From assembly GCA_030649895.1 (NCBI GenBank), contig JAUSEX010000037.1, positions 3,815 to 67,814 of the forward strand: DNA of 64,000 bases, read 5' to 3'. The DNA comes from Candidatus Omnitrophota bacterium. GTDB lineage: Bacteria; Omnitrophota; Gorgyraeia; Gorgyraeales; Gorgyraeaceae. Under the pieces are notes generated by a model. The model searched no databases, was not told where the DNA came from, and saw only the letters and a list, made by a program, of their open reading frames with translations. Below, piece by piece: positions 30,001 through 32,042 of the stretch. A program made the position numbers and the translations under genes. How positions within the stretch are numbered: position 1 is the first letter of the stretch; every line of letters begins with the position of its first letter.

Positions 30001-31868
30001 ATATACTGTTTGGGCTTGGAGGGGTTATTTCCAGAAAGATTACGCAGCTGATACAGCTGGTGCGGCTGGCTCGCGCTCCTGAAATAAAAAAATCAGCTTT
30101 TGAAGAAATAAGTTCGGATATCGAGCAGCTTAAGAAGAGTGGATGGTGGGAGAAGCAACCATTAAGCGAGAGATTGCGTTGGTTAATAGAACAGCCTAAG
30201 TACTACAGTCTACAGATTGATGAATGGGAAGAGCTTCTGGGTGTGAGTGGCCTGTTATATGGTACTTTGCGAGCCATACTCAAAGACCCTGAGCATGCGG
30301 TGCGAGTCAGAATGGACAAGATTGGTACGCTAAAGGCCCCCAGCAAACGACATGACTTTCCTCTTAGAATACTACCAAAATATCTTAAGACATATGGTCT
30401 TTGTGATTGCATAGCAGTGGCCTTGTATGATCCAGAGGCCAAAATAGGGAAGATGCTGCATATTACAGTTAAGAGCGATGCTGTAGGCATGATTAATGAG
30501 ACTATAAAAGAATTCAATTCTCGCGGACTAGAGGCTCATCTTATTGGCGGATGGCCGGATAGTTCACAGAAGCTTGCTGTCACTATATTGCGCGCACTGG
30601 AAGAACAAGGCGTTTCTGTGAAAAGTTTGGACATCTTAAACTATCTTGATAGATTTATATGGGATGAAAGAGACGCATTGCATGGCGACAGATCCATTGC
30701 CATGGATGTTGAGACGGGTACGCTCTTCAATCTGGTGGATTTAAGGCCCTCACAGCTTTCGTTCGGGGAACGGCTTTCTCAGCACTTGAGAATCTTGAGT
30801 TGGAGAACTCAATGGATATTCAGACGAGCGCATTCTTATTTATTTTTTAGATTGGTAAGCCGATTGACAGGCTATCTTAAGGACTTAGGTAGACTTCACG
30901 CTGAAAGCAGAGCTGATTCGCCTATACCGTTAGTAGGATTATTTACAGGTATACAAAGGGATAATATTTCGTCAAATTTACCCAGCAGCAGTCCGCATCC
31001 CTTGTCCCAGGGAATAGTAAATGGAATTATTAATTTATCAAGACTTCCTTTGGCAATTCGCCTTGATGCGCTGGTTTTAGACGGATCGTTCTACGCAGGC
31101 GAAGCAGGAAGCCTATTGAGAAAAAAATTAGGGCATATAGTGGATTCAGTAAGGAGTATAATTGGCCCAGATAAGTTAAAAACTTTGAGTGCAGGTAGCC
31201 CTGATGCCGGCATAAGCGAAATAAGCGATTTAGCAAACGGTGAGCCGGAACAAAATGACGTATCATCTCAAGGTCCTGTATTGCACAAAGGCTATCAACA
31301 CCACGAATTTTATGGATGGCTTAAAGAAAGAATAGAAAAAGGTGAGATTGAAAGGGGTTTGCCTCTTATTGTTTTTGACTATCATTCTGACGCCAGCTTA
31401 ATGGATGAAGGCAAAGTTACCAGGCGTAACTTTCTTACTCATTTAAAAGCGGAAGGTTTGGTCGGTGATATATATTGGGTCCAGCCGTCATGGAGCGAAC
31501 CTTTTTATCCTACAAAAGAGCAATCAGGGATTGAGTATAAAAGAATCATCCGCGATCTTCAGGAATTGTCAGAGATAAAAGGCAGGGTATTGGTAAGTAT
31601 AGATTATGATTATTTTTCAATTGCTGAGAGAAGCGGGTTTGCTCGTATAGTTCACGAGGTCAGCGCAAAAAGGGAAACCAGGGAAGTGATGGAAGTTTTA
31701 TTCGGGAATGAGAGCTTGGAGATAGTGGCCATTGATTTAACCTGGACCGGATCCGAGTTTATGTACCATGGCCAGGCAGAGTATATTGACAAAGGTTTAG
31801 AAGATAGTCTTAAGGCTGTCTTCGAAAAAGATATTTTAAGAAAGCCTGGTACCCTGACGAGCATATAA
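1..31868 (+). CDS. giant multi-domain membrane-anchored protein, 5'-partial (reading frame open to window start; at least 10,611 codons in window)
   Basis: Frame-3 reading frame has no stop from nt 3 to TAA at 31866-31868. The ORF-track TTG at 33 has sense codons upstream, so the true start lies beyond the window edge. At least 10 clusters of hydrophobic TM-like helices, long K/E-rich helical linkers and several recognisable enzyme-like modules (see sub-features). All minus-strand and off-frame ORFs inside it are short shadow ORFs. Confidence 0.85.
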   Translation, partial: TYKHAADGTLLEPPTIERHYPLKTGKEDVTALNQPDRKDNTAVLVSYNPPDGGSIGSDLDNYGPVGGGSDFSSSGITIGDKTYFRTDSNDKVIFTATDGSYLIVDKEADKAIERYDASNNARIIYNSDGSVNKVYENGVERGYKNNIVYFARAYKDVEIADGYIVPEGTNFKVENGEIRLAEIIVVTNKPVWLADKVQVGIGSTFKVESDGKMKLVKAKDSYAYAEAKFGNYILVNSGSLNEDMSPKAGMELKYDGKSYWVGGDGKTLLDKGPENKKQDNRSWWESAVGAIGDAAGAVGNAIGTIYDYSIVGPLLECVFMGMGHETPESWKELTGRDTPLKFTSDMKGVWRVISGSWDKAYGSQLIEGSNAREEGAMQVWLVDELRKKGFYKDDVTRKETDPKNDIWRTNLRGKPTEEILEMIDPNDREAATPLVEKYVEGIKNLDKRAANADANIAEASSKIGPSGNAILFLLPNNGAIFQFEDYSVIDWVSLVTIPLMFIPGVGTAAGAAIKVGATALKALPGALKLMSVISKVAPVAVKLAPVAEKAAPVAVKSASVAERLAPLVRGANFFLETGKNFIISPVKDFQALSKLVRGVRPALRVPNLTTIWRSIIGAPGENILSKIIRIPARAANQLLLRPAAFGVSEIAPRIFAYGTLGAPFFGITGIGIGDTGPLGVWANISSGMWATMNRVFYSLPVAPWRNSEKAQEFKNIANEHSQARDKILKGWIESVGSIPVAGFVLQIPLMIMSSLFSFAEFPYSFIGTSAEYGLLKGITSSVAGLLKFMVSVPEAGINGMLYLFTGKNRVYQGNLSDWITLQLGEGYLNWTSPDESYKDVEGRFSTLENVEYQGFAYAIANAVLLPMFNPKMKGEGKSNRAEGRNRELTANEASSVVTRTVLMPVNIATGVVYAPIRILWSGIKGEKRGGGWKKGFVEAGSGIMSPIVGPFRGRSSISQKAYRSTELGRGPLLNASGRPLNAPNETGGPLLNASGKPFYEPSIAMLGEDTLSYRPEIKEQADKQAFDRTVHKLEKAREKARTAQEDYQKGRTDKDRLPSEKRELARRTREAQVDFLTLKSRIEKGIWTYGLLDSLRNPIEAWKARNNAAKINPTNELIGSTIREYLKYDTAELRNGFKNALEAGDLVDALSYGLALFGKDLEIKGKELDTKPDQLNAQLDFGWKLGEALKEITEKGGLESPLALIFEMGGGKTASAIIMNLFAIEYAIRNGRTGYNLYVTEKALLARQFIEGNTWAFLEFDKTSGEFTTITGRKGRVVTGMDPESESRFLNAASDKDVELIVMDGQAADSIKLAVDRSNNSQELREALGRMRAASGDEFDSMLKGTPAIIGTGELLDQMKRYADEGNEKAKGLVAAAELQTTVMIDILNIVQKYGGFKDINQVAIDTQLSRFGRLKRQFGFGGPKNETEIRGRYAANDKVIAEVVSLLERKGMSSDGARSLANEAVNALSLKEGIDYYLKYNEIGKLIGYEVTDKATIRLENTRFGSSKLAAFVMAKEALVKFNEGRMSLDEIKQLVNEELLKTTLASADFASFVELTGKNKWVLFSGTKGMPKTMKRLGVNAVEIKTSEINWDEKGLLKIIAARGQKAQSDKILAEIKDAKTQKRAIVIVHRGNVEELKQLARDAGISEENIHAMTGENPAKLADFEKEARSRLQNTEGEFEVIILPGFEAGSNMLEIGSKNYKVSVVVTHFKDRDRLAQTFGRANIEGRRASADFRVIVDVMKDDSLVMKAEREVILEMLDSGKTETEIEMDIQNKMKEIAEQILAESDIATVRTLEEREQPVRVAETQNELTPELFSKVENNFYREFGRAETGRKTLVDTFREAVAKVIEEGKTPEAFNAAIKGMASEFRGRAMQIGAIANPAIASQIRGSNNEDDKNRLSFRLLLEGVKILFAMRSFTDEGLFEQMPVLAVLAMPTMPAVTEKQKNRLVEIEAALMDKNVTSEERQKLLNEKKSILEMVFGKINDYLESELKFEKEQKETVMEGVKFLSGNFKSNDPAFEQFRVNPLAVMQQIATGKVKGVESVVVKAIRELVGEPRENLPLWSKTWDRITRRTSPQINFARVEIAVNDIANALGVDRDIVETNLLKLMGYTLSQIGTIREQHSLLLELGGEEFGKTLANTLPIADILIKLGSKSISQRVEFINSLVMGEKTAKQYGVTKGSDAVLKVSSAILGILKAKSGKLTWRDLWTDKEIESSGLDKRQVAIIMGINYSILENLPADLVDLYDINILADSEMMGKVVGVYKIFEKIDPEFAKWLVEPVKTALPSGLAELQRDDPEMFALIEALQRNQGAPSRVFGISNLIGESDSEELKKVLTRLLIPGVSKEAPKEEKENIYSRRLDILTSSIGEEGLESEYSPAARIEMAIGVYDFLSSVGVNARGVSWEDVKKLKSFADMAQAIESASYREIIKAIKQGMPQEEKLEYLFKVAKAIENKDEILLKSLGVLNDEDWLSQFDPADQGLLRRLLAGESSIEEIREEVVESGRLVGTGAHAMAIRLLNEKGILKLLDSSDPELIERASQRYQDAKKLIPELVIPYVIRTDKGEDITIIIQEKVVTSRYELDSLIEAKDMEGAKTYVRKLVELVYKLAEKGIVFDSAVVNSGLDILANTAVDANGNVKVLDVANLNLKPNKEEDIRAGVNKVLERLQTDIGDGLLKQEFAMERQTQDAIYDINKERGEKQVELAKNIASKWLEEALADITRGGPKKIDRLLHDPARIPPNIYFAFTYIKQSFLDFQTLLLKPEVEYASIINLFIERAFTHAEDIVSSGINGVYEEKMGVFIDEIRKDPAKLKMLADLLGRRSSDMAGIDNFTITRAIGGVSAVNCGVQALQVVLEQWAPGAIKGLTPEELRKKLAGEITDEVIAIIEAGFGDPESESAKLSREIVMNLMEGKIGHDIIIAVAEKEYGVKNVNPVTIEIDEAALEKSLEGIGTSFILWVPGHFMPIVGYRGGLFVTKTLKGEDVGIDVRDILNKYIHEAGQASGGTITIIIPGNDTKDNKRYYGATPDLYSLFKPEPITSDAGVTYFGSLASSGKAISSAGAGQEKAAEQKERGFVRNLRKIFEKHRKLTAALIIGATIAAGIVALPVIVPIILPAMVTALPILLGGGAVIMLFAAPGIFKFVRSLRTRAPPQFTPITRKSDEAQIKSRIEEQFGVDLKDINSDDWKEILVQAVLADYRAYQLGSHKEYHKNKTVNYFIEYPMMIVNVLTLRVLDQFFFKHWRQPFSYFLSRRGDKKHYLGEQAQAVMEALISQQIAKKSGDVAQKNTLESVHSKLKTELVSVIPTSIVANRVAGLLEKRLAISSLEERSALNIAGSILTGVVLGAVSLANQRLRFAIFSAISSGILFGLLGPAGLFGSLVGAGFLTGTLVTIGMPLGLAALSISPLILLSPLLLLAFLNFPVSYAKHRRANPDENIVKSLLIVLMSPKYWAANIMSVPMLIMVGPEIEGTIRYTEHIPLVGDFAAWMEKAIYGAHDKETGQPTVPVGQKLLERLPGGSQLSDFTYRIFSLGRGGDLQSAHMKSQIAAIVATAKIDDKSFKEEPAALKEAPVSDAKGSEQGVTVEGYQLLVDGKPYQMKGVTWRPSEDNNFSQWYQKDITLMKEMGVNTVRTYRPIDDQKVLDYLAMNGIKVIIGFDYGKDIQTGAYKDYINKFKGHPAILLWEFGNEYNYHSDWFGGDINNWYNTLEKTAQEVHKIDKSHPVATAHGEIPDKNALVKVPSVDIWGMNVYRSDSPQAIFDEWGARSNKPMYFSEAGADSIDNRVDKEVQSVQANANVHIWSQVNAASSKLHPNNVSAGAVFMEFNDEPWKPKGFQHDGVYPDNFANEQHFGFVDKDRNPKEAFSKMKDGWSESPFSEALTGAKSITKIYEGDKHTKTAYNMGAVNILEEKLLLSPEAQIFPEVQKILVSDIRQVLKVPADKKIELKDVKFDKIIEVDTVTGARTVKYDYGFLPGKQDKTIIKISQGAHEIFVRRVAGAIDKNENYPYMENAGWDILDEKGKIVQYDAESPEVLERLKKLAQNKDSKLPDEVKKSIFNAQVAVRVYKLVEGGRFVEDRVSAIEANREAIRFYAKPETVTSGGRTFEVSGKAVVDTYEAIKAIYYYDSSYQLMTSKGEALTKDNAGDVIGWVRVTGDKLLMSDGAEYSVIEELKPDKTTMVRRFASDDKGNERAKISNLPEGGYLIQVVDENEVIGDDKADMLTYNGTKEGGLYKFSTDKPYLTSLLKDSFEIKVDEKGIATEEGVNSVLSDFTFANESLKNAARDALNKGLNEIINSLGLKDGKVHVMHIVKEEVRIANDGVKFNYRVEEDPAAKIVAYVSSDMKEKADVIINTKWEGENSLEGYQFSPIGQIFKLKTEGDILSPDDVLKDLDIQLREQLEQKGIKVKELSLSKLNQYLVVHKDGKDKDYEVLFHTRYIMRDDPLKRDYARYDRGALRFIKFAHNKTDIPFGVPDGEVIVAPEIQRIIRETEYFEHRPGDNEYIYKVIFEYRNGQEYKNEPIFIGYDYKTAVVWEHYVNEEWKLYSRDGLPFEVSRVDGAKEYLYSVFAITVFEDGGNSYIMASENIKSSTPVTPPTTRISRDNTLWRIIEGRGIDSFIHQDVYATSMTDKFLNSAPGRLVKRIMGSDDLEKLMDKIEKQGMEIDIDYRRCFDKLEEGVFVDKTRYLMNQAWIGAIGFLALLVSLPIFRRFLGSKGIRWIFRKTGRRIVNVNATEADRLREVIGTPGLADKLIVLRELSGPIIINSNLPAADKGDFLRDYLSVSGFDPEEVNEIVGLFNSGKITMEDKDVDPKSLPRAPPIDTLQHLEEAIAKKNYPAAIVIKALLEKKLITQDDLEGTFRKEGALREGALKWDLLVKVLLNKAQDKVLGEIKEGDFTNVDKLLPTPEAKVLQYVVKNDLIAKPDLIELSHKDSGYSGFTGFAIGLIKEKFIQPVFDDVFSRTFGAEITEGIKDITLETVFAEIHPFIFKDPSLLKQIIDTKDAEYNPNPMNKAIETTTLKEFILLKFIQLNPSQTNNHSIGQFSAIWPFALYVVREAKNALDNERSPEEILSIITAYKDVFIPLVSQEVLKKYKKQITERDPWEEIEGAEKILLDVFSDLDFYDLFERLSKKETNLLDRLSVNGTSFALVEDLRNAITNGRISQDDLAKELKKLTLDLSMEDAPEAVQADEATEKGLIFGWFKLGLVHLYVSRIFKPLFSSKFWGIDSRAKKIGFTVMLFGLTGLGIVIMPHFLALGAVLISFGVMLSPIIWGKSSSPKEKIFWASIFGATSIYTFGIMTHFLFWKLSLVALTFGTVATGGLLVLVFIPTLISFYHLAVSLRSYIGLHKELWSGTARSLTGWRSIAPWPTRWNSLFKKWYVEFKDVERDHMALTSNGESITEYLERLVNLLHERYLFSDDEKSDWIKALNSEGKEGKFRKPRSPKAFEILYNAFFAISQKKPAPDVYSLLQPTSTHVQAAGELFTHTFENSALLGTFDDHPLLDELIYSLKQRIGLNDEDSVKNKKWGDINSLGKMLSIEKLERRLADCENLNEEEKQIIRERILDFSEKHNWTSMKRSLLGYMARTQKPEWENLMDRIKQQIIKDKDKETFLEELRGITEKYDIYTLLFVTNYGLTQEERQFIIESMMKWLNELRPTDAAVIESMALDYVEYHLSISYQSGDLEYHGAAREISMKYPSLKEAYEVISSKAEGDRDNTEKIFFSGYKKYKFLVSIKLRQLFQDQTVWAADADLAKNRIPPVDKFVKSLKNIQKDTATSDIIRELLSGGDMNPLLKYNITDLDDWAEKFISWRRANYDNIVALINAYSALADDWNKISSQLATMVHQSSSSGVKYAFYKQEDNFIPKLKNPGIGNELWLYYGKSVNFDAHVRNYPGQNVWRFNWAALQGRNPNIAVVNTMMKIWASSNSAFPATNIYSIAQEVFTSDVQRARRGMLTFYGKACVVPQAVSVVTPPGEDSAAFLLLQRTNPSYTSTQIDWFGFEWGRMSFAGSIIGTEMRYAYNVTRFLMDRGQFELFYNKDLGFDKKLSHLFLWAHYFVVPFSLGLLVLLPILAPFSAFAFLTPVIFFVAASFLLMEAINTNNFVRHWRQTGNLWVAAVYTIKDIVRAFPLYVVLLPFFLRGVWSASKEIFSFIRTQKEARLAMENKKDWYSDKMLFKLWNKSGFPFSGVVGIWGLISWVAALFTMTPWGPIILLPYLMASIAFLTGMYVFTTSADSKGNLKGMSLSALFRMLPYSIGKTIYYLWLFGKDRIGKFRNKPSAPAAPTGTIGSEGSEKYIPGIRTSKLSEDARVLVQAKIGEIESRVKNASNLNIDERSKISDAILKLREYFARGDIVSFTAFVNGPEDYLLAFATSAQIVIMSDFFNRPELHTYLDEVLFHEAYVAAHGEKDYEAHRAIYLGIQRKIFGEENPLKGILREIINSKNQANESSAAVGLAGKKGSAARSFRALLDRLFGREERLGRLKVLREVASELNDETIAEMVYTFATDFLGDESKVLIGDTPGDPVMQVKIILGANGEIEKKTLQVHKMFLDRVISKEGTPEYDTYKKILKFLLIKEGEHYKTSSSYDLIKIAHLKRQYEQNPKDIEAAKRLAAIQMYYEADKYGMLYDNLLSQGITAEGLKEIANQENDEFLRDVLSGLAGLMTNYEKSGYLAIAKDLAQGTGYIAESVRAALTDERFSNNLAELTDKSGLEDYYRYVETGVKEMPYKKGLVFGSSNLLVQTPKRLLEDIYAQIEEGQIKNDNLEKLKEGYAVIICRLAATDVKTFDLLEEGLNRLLDSEMVRRKAEKTVNGSTMVFVNIVDKNANELLKFLLAELRKAAPVYSGKIEKLYQNLAAGDLPRDSQGNFRAFTKEELTERLKARAEEIKKARHSLKGYRIDQAVSMLIELLEGSKLSERELNELYPDIASALYGEYEKLQGAFMLYPQVVKAITERFPGAHKVFIARDAGVFYEAAYLYSLINGIKLDSSLVYAGGVDVAGMGNLSHSIYILRQLVETAKTRGYPEEEVEKIVKKAIENRLNPESKNFDRLFADDTERLFQIIRESGILEHENEVLIDTFSSGATPLFIKYAIERLRQDKVSPKIFILKSKYGFFDNLKNAGFDWGFINKVTQEYKKTHPVMPGLKLAQPEAELFSYLRAMITYNAMVEYKSRVIAARGGFIREGDARFFFGTKKKTLTPASGTAAKGKALLPPHEHGSVNRAIAQARSENRGYIIQRSGTKLARGWKDGKYADKIKLRKAIELLMVEHIRELGRIVLPSGLGEIILAEDLGALNIILIQPRNKSPGLMVESKNAFHVAHPGISYNSIYIDRLTFDQLDIRELAALILYEIIELKTKNLSLGKKRNWRPELAEEIHRLAEEYEQIIVGPSQTGTGSLLDDKVQQILEDSFVFRIQNLIDPYMSELKPLLDKYHRMATEIKEAEAIIAEEAERVKALLNELSSLSRDRIKSLHEELKSLMEAYSGENAAKTESARKIIEKREINKVIDKINVFSRVPENQIELAEAGDVGSLDEFLERSDADEYIKRAEDSIIHGEHVVEFFFAGAATRFIEDLRASGRTIEKKDEPQYRMYGLDIWDFAGPARKDSSDLGLGMAQRQLFAYRTFLKNLALKKGLHPDEVLKRQRLILHINEDVEEMVLKDFMDNVFYGFDPDNIFFMVQETLHGYSLKDGKIVFAEDSPKLPFGHGYATEQLNVPGVAFHLKVKNGIMHREYLSEAVLTELELKTAGYYIDTHRVNDLTKFLVDEVVDVRKLAFKIFLIEQENDVIIELVENPGKQKGGNLIKDKRTGKYFLIETSNTEGSDRLKELLTKASEDSAPYNAFRIMYRRRGLEELLKKRFPYNLRFKNGYFYLEAVTGDITQLEEANAAAFKEKGAVIKDFKRLGDLGIAIPVLTKSDKDLADVVNQTRHKQSLAGRKLKDVISRLLRQGLPHDFIERAILSMPLEHTSSDTVSVDRLVAQIVEWRTLMDNCLAEKGEIRVAIKNPKDVYYKDVPEEEIPSSIDYTELTIVSRDRPGLVRDIETVIAEYGGNLTRPAFGAMNDEGMARLIYEINHAERKNAFNSREIEELRKALLKIKVGLAPLSIKPEYGFEGWRKVEGDADAYEGKLVIDGNVMDLKVVKSASSFEYFLGYEGGPAGYARILFNNKKLKVHYLELSPSFRKAIGDISAAKVLMNIMIRDLFFIGSQDLSGLIVQVVMNEDSSTPKVNNLIGGFGITEFNREKVMSIIMDEKSKISIEETKAPHEGVPYFRVVLEGKLPLKIFLKARLEYSYKDKRTWIISRKIYEQMESDARYKLGQAPLQVKEQARLKGELARRLQEDEVFVGGVDFYMDPDKVEWLEEHTASLPENPWLVIDDLGSAHAPREQNAPSLLANLFTGKWSKFNWATRAVFSLAIVPHEVGHLFMAKITKTPLLRKLYIEDLSSKMPIAERASPIVHLAGLFVNASVAIASAFTLHFFGHAVIDFTNPLAGILSYVFLANSILFALEIILDATTKLRGDVTNAIFGRSGFASQINVQRAKNIFFTFKEYMNEALYNPDWGYYASGRVKIGTVRKGSDFITYPLKLSPLFGGMIAEQAFKMWEGMVRAGTITENEQFTILEFGGGDGTLAYDILSRASQKALDNPDWAKFYRALLYTIGDRSPPLIEIQKKKNARFNGKFNTVLVDALNPLEGGVFKPSSIKGLILSNELLDVSGHQKLIVYPDGDIKVTLSIPKISLALLGNLPKDKQNELVKRNEELISEFKLPLTDGIYLSRDDFLALKAYLRDLGPEQENLFNQEIRFIEIYIDPIYVPEVLSYIQENKESIDGFVADNEKPFAVYINPDGAGYIQGAGEILDKGYILTIDYGGLSDYILDPQYEHLLIIKNGSRDADPYSLPGQRDISAEQNFTDLAAAGQKIGLNTVFYGNQAHLEEGVTPLTSQSLLEELAKRFQGQEPGLSSEEAMKKARREVDEFRLSGIINDPGRSPYKMLIQQKPGTDSKYVFPASLLQYTGENKSNAGQSMLKILAPFIAIVFIAWFFISIVLAAHTANAAGSGSAGAQNRVIHQQEDARMIQTPEVDIRPDGFYVENRRIFIGAGVNFRILDYDNNFGAYRRVTDYPEQVKAELAAIRSISQRGTVVIRVGLLDSGVNYFKGEGNYANIRDDVIAFLQWAKDNNVMVEFVLADYLLAARHSDALTHDITRQDITQRFLGDLVRDIKADPKAFLSLWGFDLYNEPEWSVSQSFGGGWEYVTGERPEQPIPIVDMNAYFNEAYETIKSIAPEKFVTIGVSAKHFSVIGAIKDRLDYFALHYYAWMGPLESYVSQLPENKPWLLEEYPSRDEGMNIEPAVYLDNLLNLWNTGKPASGGLIWMWRPIIGQADENTSDEMVAKLRDWTAQHQNELEGKFGLFLPLVFGFALKRKGNFSETGEDSSELVDWKAECDSLPIQAYDSDYFVAAKIWSYKGLKVFFIPDHKFEHTLLNLMRKALGFKFREILSDAHDDASYPTEYKPLDPGEASEGEIIDRSNALTSANWRMALIKDGTIADSYDLSVIKADEGEGRILKLRLAQFPAVTPSKTDETILIIENDSFGIFDSKELERAISEYVDALFKLNIEFDDVIFVDAGDKLSNWMIGPPSTRYYREHILRFLLAKLAEKYEGGVDYSTQRRNDPAKEIKGAEGDRMANGGVPRSEMQSEASKEERQRDIDTQFIGLLYRAAFNRLPDIRHDFASVVREMIRAMAAYREYYLLSSTPVRSPDSITLKLLKESIGQDGKFLNVNSHAVMQLRMVREVFSADAMVAAIGYDDKNAELPVIDRVLSLKTDDLIRYIEKNKNNIGKSRFKILPLAILFGGFAEMFWGFPSIAQSAGLEEAVNQRAFFQSLFSETTLITLGAILFTSVSIVGVTLSLYRVFKHNSKNVREPSPAPDKDLANASVWALERILHIIDELSRAGEEGIRQLLEEMKKNSESVGVGTSHVEVAEEADRSKNQGLGVTLYSDILFGLGGVISRKITQLIQLVRLARAPEIKKSAFEEISSDIEQLKKSGWWEKQPLSERLRWLIEQPKYYSLQIDEWEELLGVSGLLYGTLRAILKDPEHAVRVRMDKIGTLKAPSKRHDFPLRILPKYLKTYGLCDCIAVALYDPEAKIGKMLHITVKSDAVGMINETIKEFNSRGLEAHLIGGWPDSSQKLAVTILRALEEQGVSVKSLDILNYLDRFIWDERDALHGDRSIAMDVETGTLFNLVDLRPSQLSFGERLSQHLRILSWRTQWIFRRAHSYLFFRLVSRLTGYLKDLGRLHAESRADSPIPLVGLFTGIQRDNISSNLPSSSPHPLSQGIVNGIINLSRLPLAIRLDALVLDGSFYAGEAGSLLRKKLGHIVDSVRSIIGPDKLKTLSAGSPDAGISEISDLANGEPEQNDVSSQGPVLHKGYQHHEFYGWLKERIEKGEIERGLPLIVFDYHSDASLMDEGKVTRRNFLTHLKAEGLVGDIYWVQPSWSEPFYPTKEQSGIEYKRIIRDLQELSEIKGRVLVSIDYDYFSIAERSGFARIVHEVSAKRETREVMEVLFGNESLEIVAIDLTWTGSEFMYHGQAEYIDKGLEDSLKAVFEKDILRKPGTLTSI
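1607..1705 (+). repeat. in-frame tandem short repeats (~21-33 nt units) inside giant ORF encoding K-V-A-P-V-A-V-K / L-A-P-V-A-E-K-like units
   Basis: gtagctccggttgcagttaag / ctggcgccagtcgcagagaaa / gcagctccggttgcagttaag / tcagcgtcagttgcagagaga read directly. Confidence 0.7.
2910..2993 (+). repeat. 30-nt direct repeat x2 (ggRcctttactaaatgcatccggcaRacct) separated by 24 nt, in-frame (GPLLNASG(R/K)P)
   Basis: two near-identical 30-mers at 2910-2939 and 2964-2993. Confidence 0.8.
8478..8960 (+). other. papain-like cysteine peptidase-like module within giant ORF (C39-like arrangement)
   Basis: ...ITRAIGGVSAVNCGVQALQVVLEQW... followed ~115 aa later by ...ILWVPGHFMPIVGY...: Cys-Gly near the start of a helix and a downstream His in a hydrophobic beta-strand, as in papain-fold peptidases. 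Motif-level only. Confidence 0.3.
10761..11630 (+). other. clan GH-A (4/7 TIM-barrel) glycoside hydrolase module 1 within giant ORF (GH2/GH72-like motif pattern)
   Basis: LLVDGKPYQMKGVTWRP ... MKEMGVNTVRTYRP ... ILLWEFGNEYN (acid/base Asn-Glu) ... KPMYFSEAGAD (nucleophile Glu position) ... FMEFNDEPWK. Same motif order as the free-standing genes at 57450 and 60712. Confidence 0.6.
21680..25140 (+). other. ~3.5-kb internal module of giant ORF paralogous to free-standing CDS 42725..46426
   Basis: Colinear protein similarity over ~1,100 aa. Example: GYIIQRSGTKLARGWKDG...NIILIQPRNKSPGLMVESKNAFHVAHPGISYNSIYIDRLTFDQLDIRELAALILYEIIELK versus GYIIRRNKTTISRGWKEG...NIILIQPRNRSPGLIVKDRNAFQVAHAGVAYNSIYIDKITFDHLNIEELAALVLHEIIEIK. 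Similarity continues through the nucleotidyltransferase-like, ACT-like and C-terminal regions. Confidence 0.8.
22681..23175 (+). other. UDP-sugar pyrophosphorylase (UDPGP family)-like nucleotidyltransferase module, Gly-loop degenerate
   Basis: EFFFAGAATRF (cf. LLAGGQGTRLG loop of UAP1/UGPase), DNIFFMVQETLHG (cf. NVxFFQQ motif), LPFGHGYAT (cf. APDGNGG). The Gly-rich loop is replaced by AGAATR. Confidence 0.4.
25255..25300 (+). other. HExxH motif embedded in hydrophobic TM segment (site-2-protease/M50-like arrangement)
   Basis: AVFSLAIVPHEVGHLFMAKI inside a cluster of TM-like helices (25230-25560). Confidence 0.3.
25630..26780 (+). other. MidA/NDUFAF7-like (Methyltransf_28) class I SAM methyltransferase-like module
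   Basis: YMNEALYNPDWGYYASG ... FITYPLKLSPLFGGMIAEQAFKMWE ... FTILEFGGGDGTLAYDIL ... LSNELLDVSG ... ILTIDYGG. Motif order typical of the MidA/NDUFAF7 family. Confidence 0.55.
27227..28140 (+). other. GH5/GH26-like (clan GH-A) glycoside hydrolase module 2, preceded by a TM helix (27080-27170)
   Basis: RIFIGAGVNFRILDYD ... VIRVGLLDSG ... LWGFDLYNEPEW (NEP acid/base motif) ... HYYAWMG ... LLEEYP. Confidence 0.45.
31290..31800 (+). other. C-terminal arginase/deacetylase-fold-like (UPF0489-like) module
   Basis: LPLIVFDYHSD ... VLVSIDYDYF pattern resembles the DxHxD / SxDxD metal-binding motifs of the arginase-deacetylase fold. Weak. Confidence 0.2.
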
Positions 31869-32007
31869 AGATTTTAGCAAACCTTTTGGGTGGAACTGGG
31901 CGGAATGCGCTATTCGGGCAATAGAAAACAGGCGTTCTGCTTATAAAGAATATATTTGTACGCCAAGACTATGTGGAGGAGATAATTGGTAAACAATTTT
32001 GAATTTA

Positions 32008-32040
32008 TGTATAGTAGGATGTCCCCGGATAGGACGTCCC
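32008..32040 (-). repeat. REP-like element copy (reverse orientation) with 5' GTAG, just upstream of the HExxH gene's probable start
   Basis: tgtataGTAGgatgtccccggataggacgtccc. Near-identical to 33891-33922. Confidence 0.6.
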
Positions 32041-32042
32041 AT

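Noticed and set aside
31869-31985. Intrinsic terminator after the giant gene
   Set aside because: No convincing GC-rich hairpin plus U-tract could be found in the 117-nt spacer. Only a weak promoter-like TTGTAC...GATAAT with 19-nt spacing.
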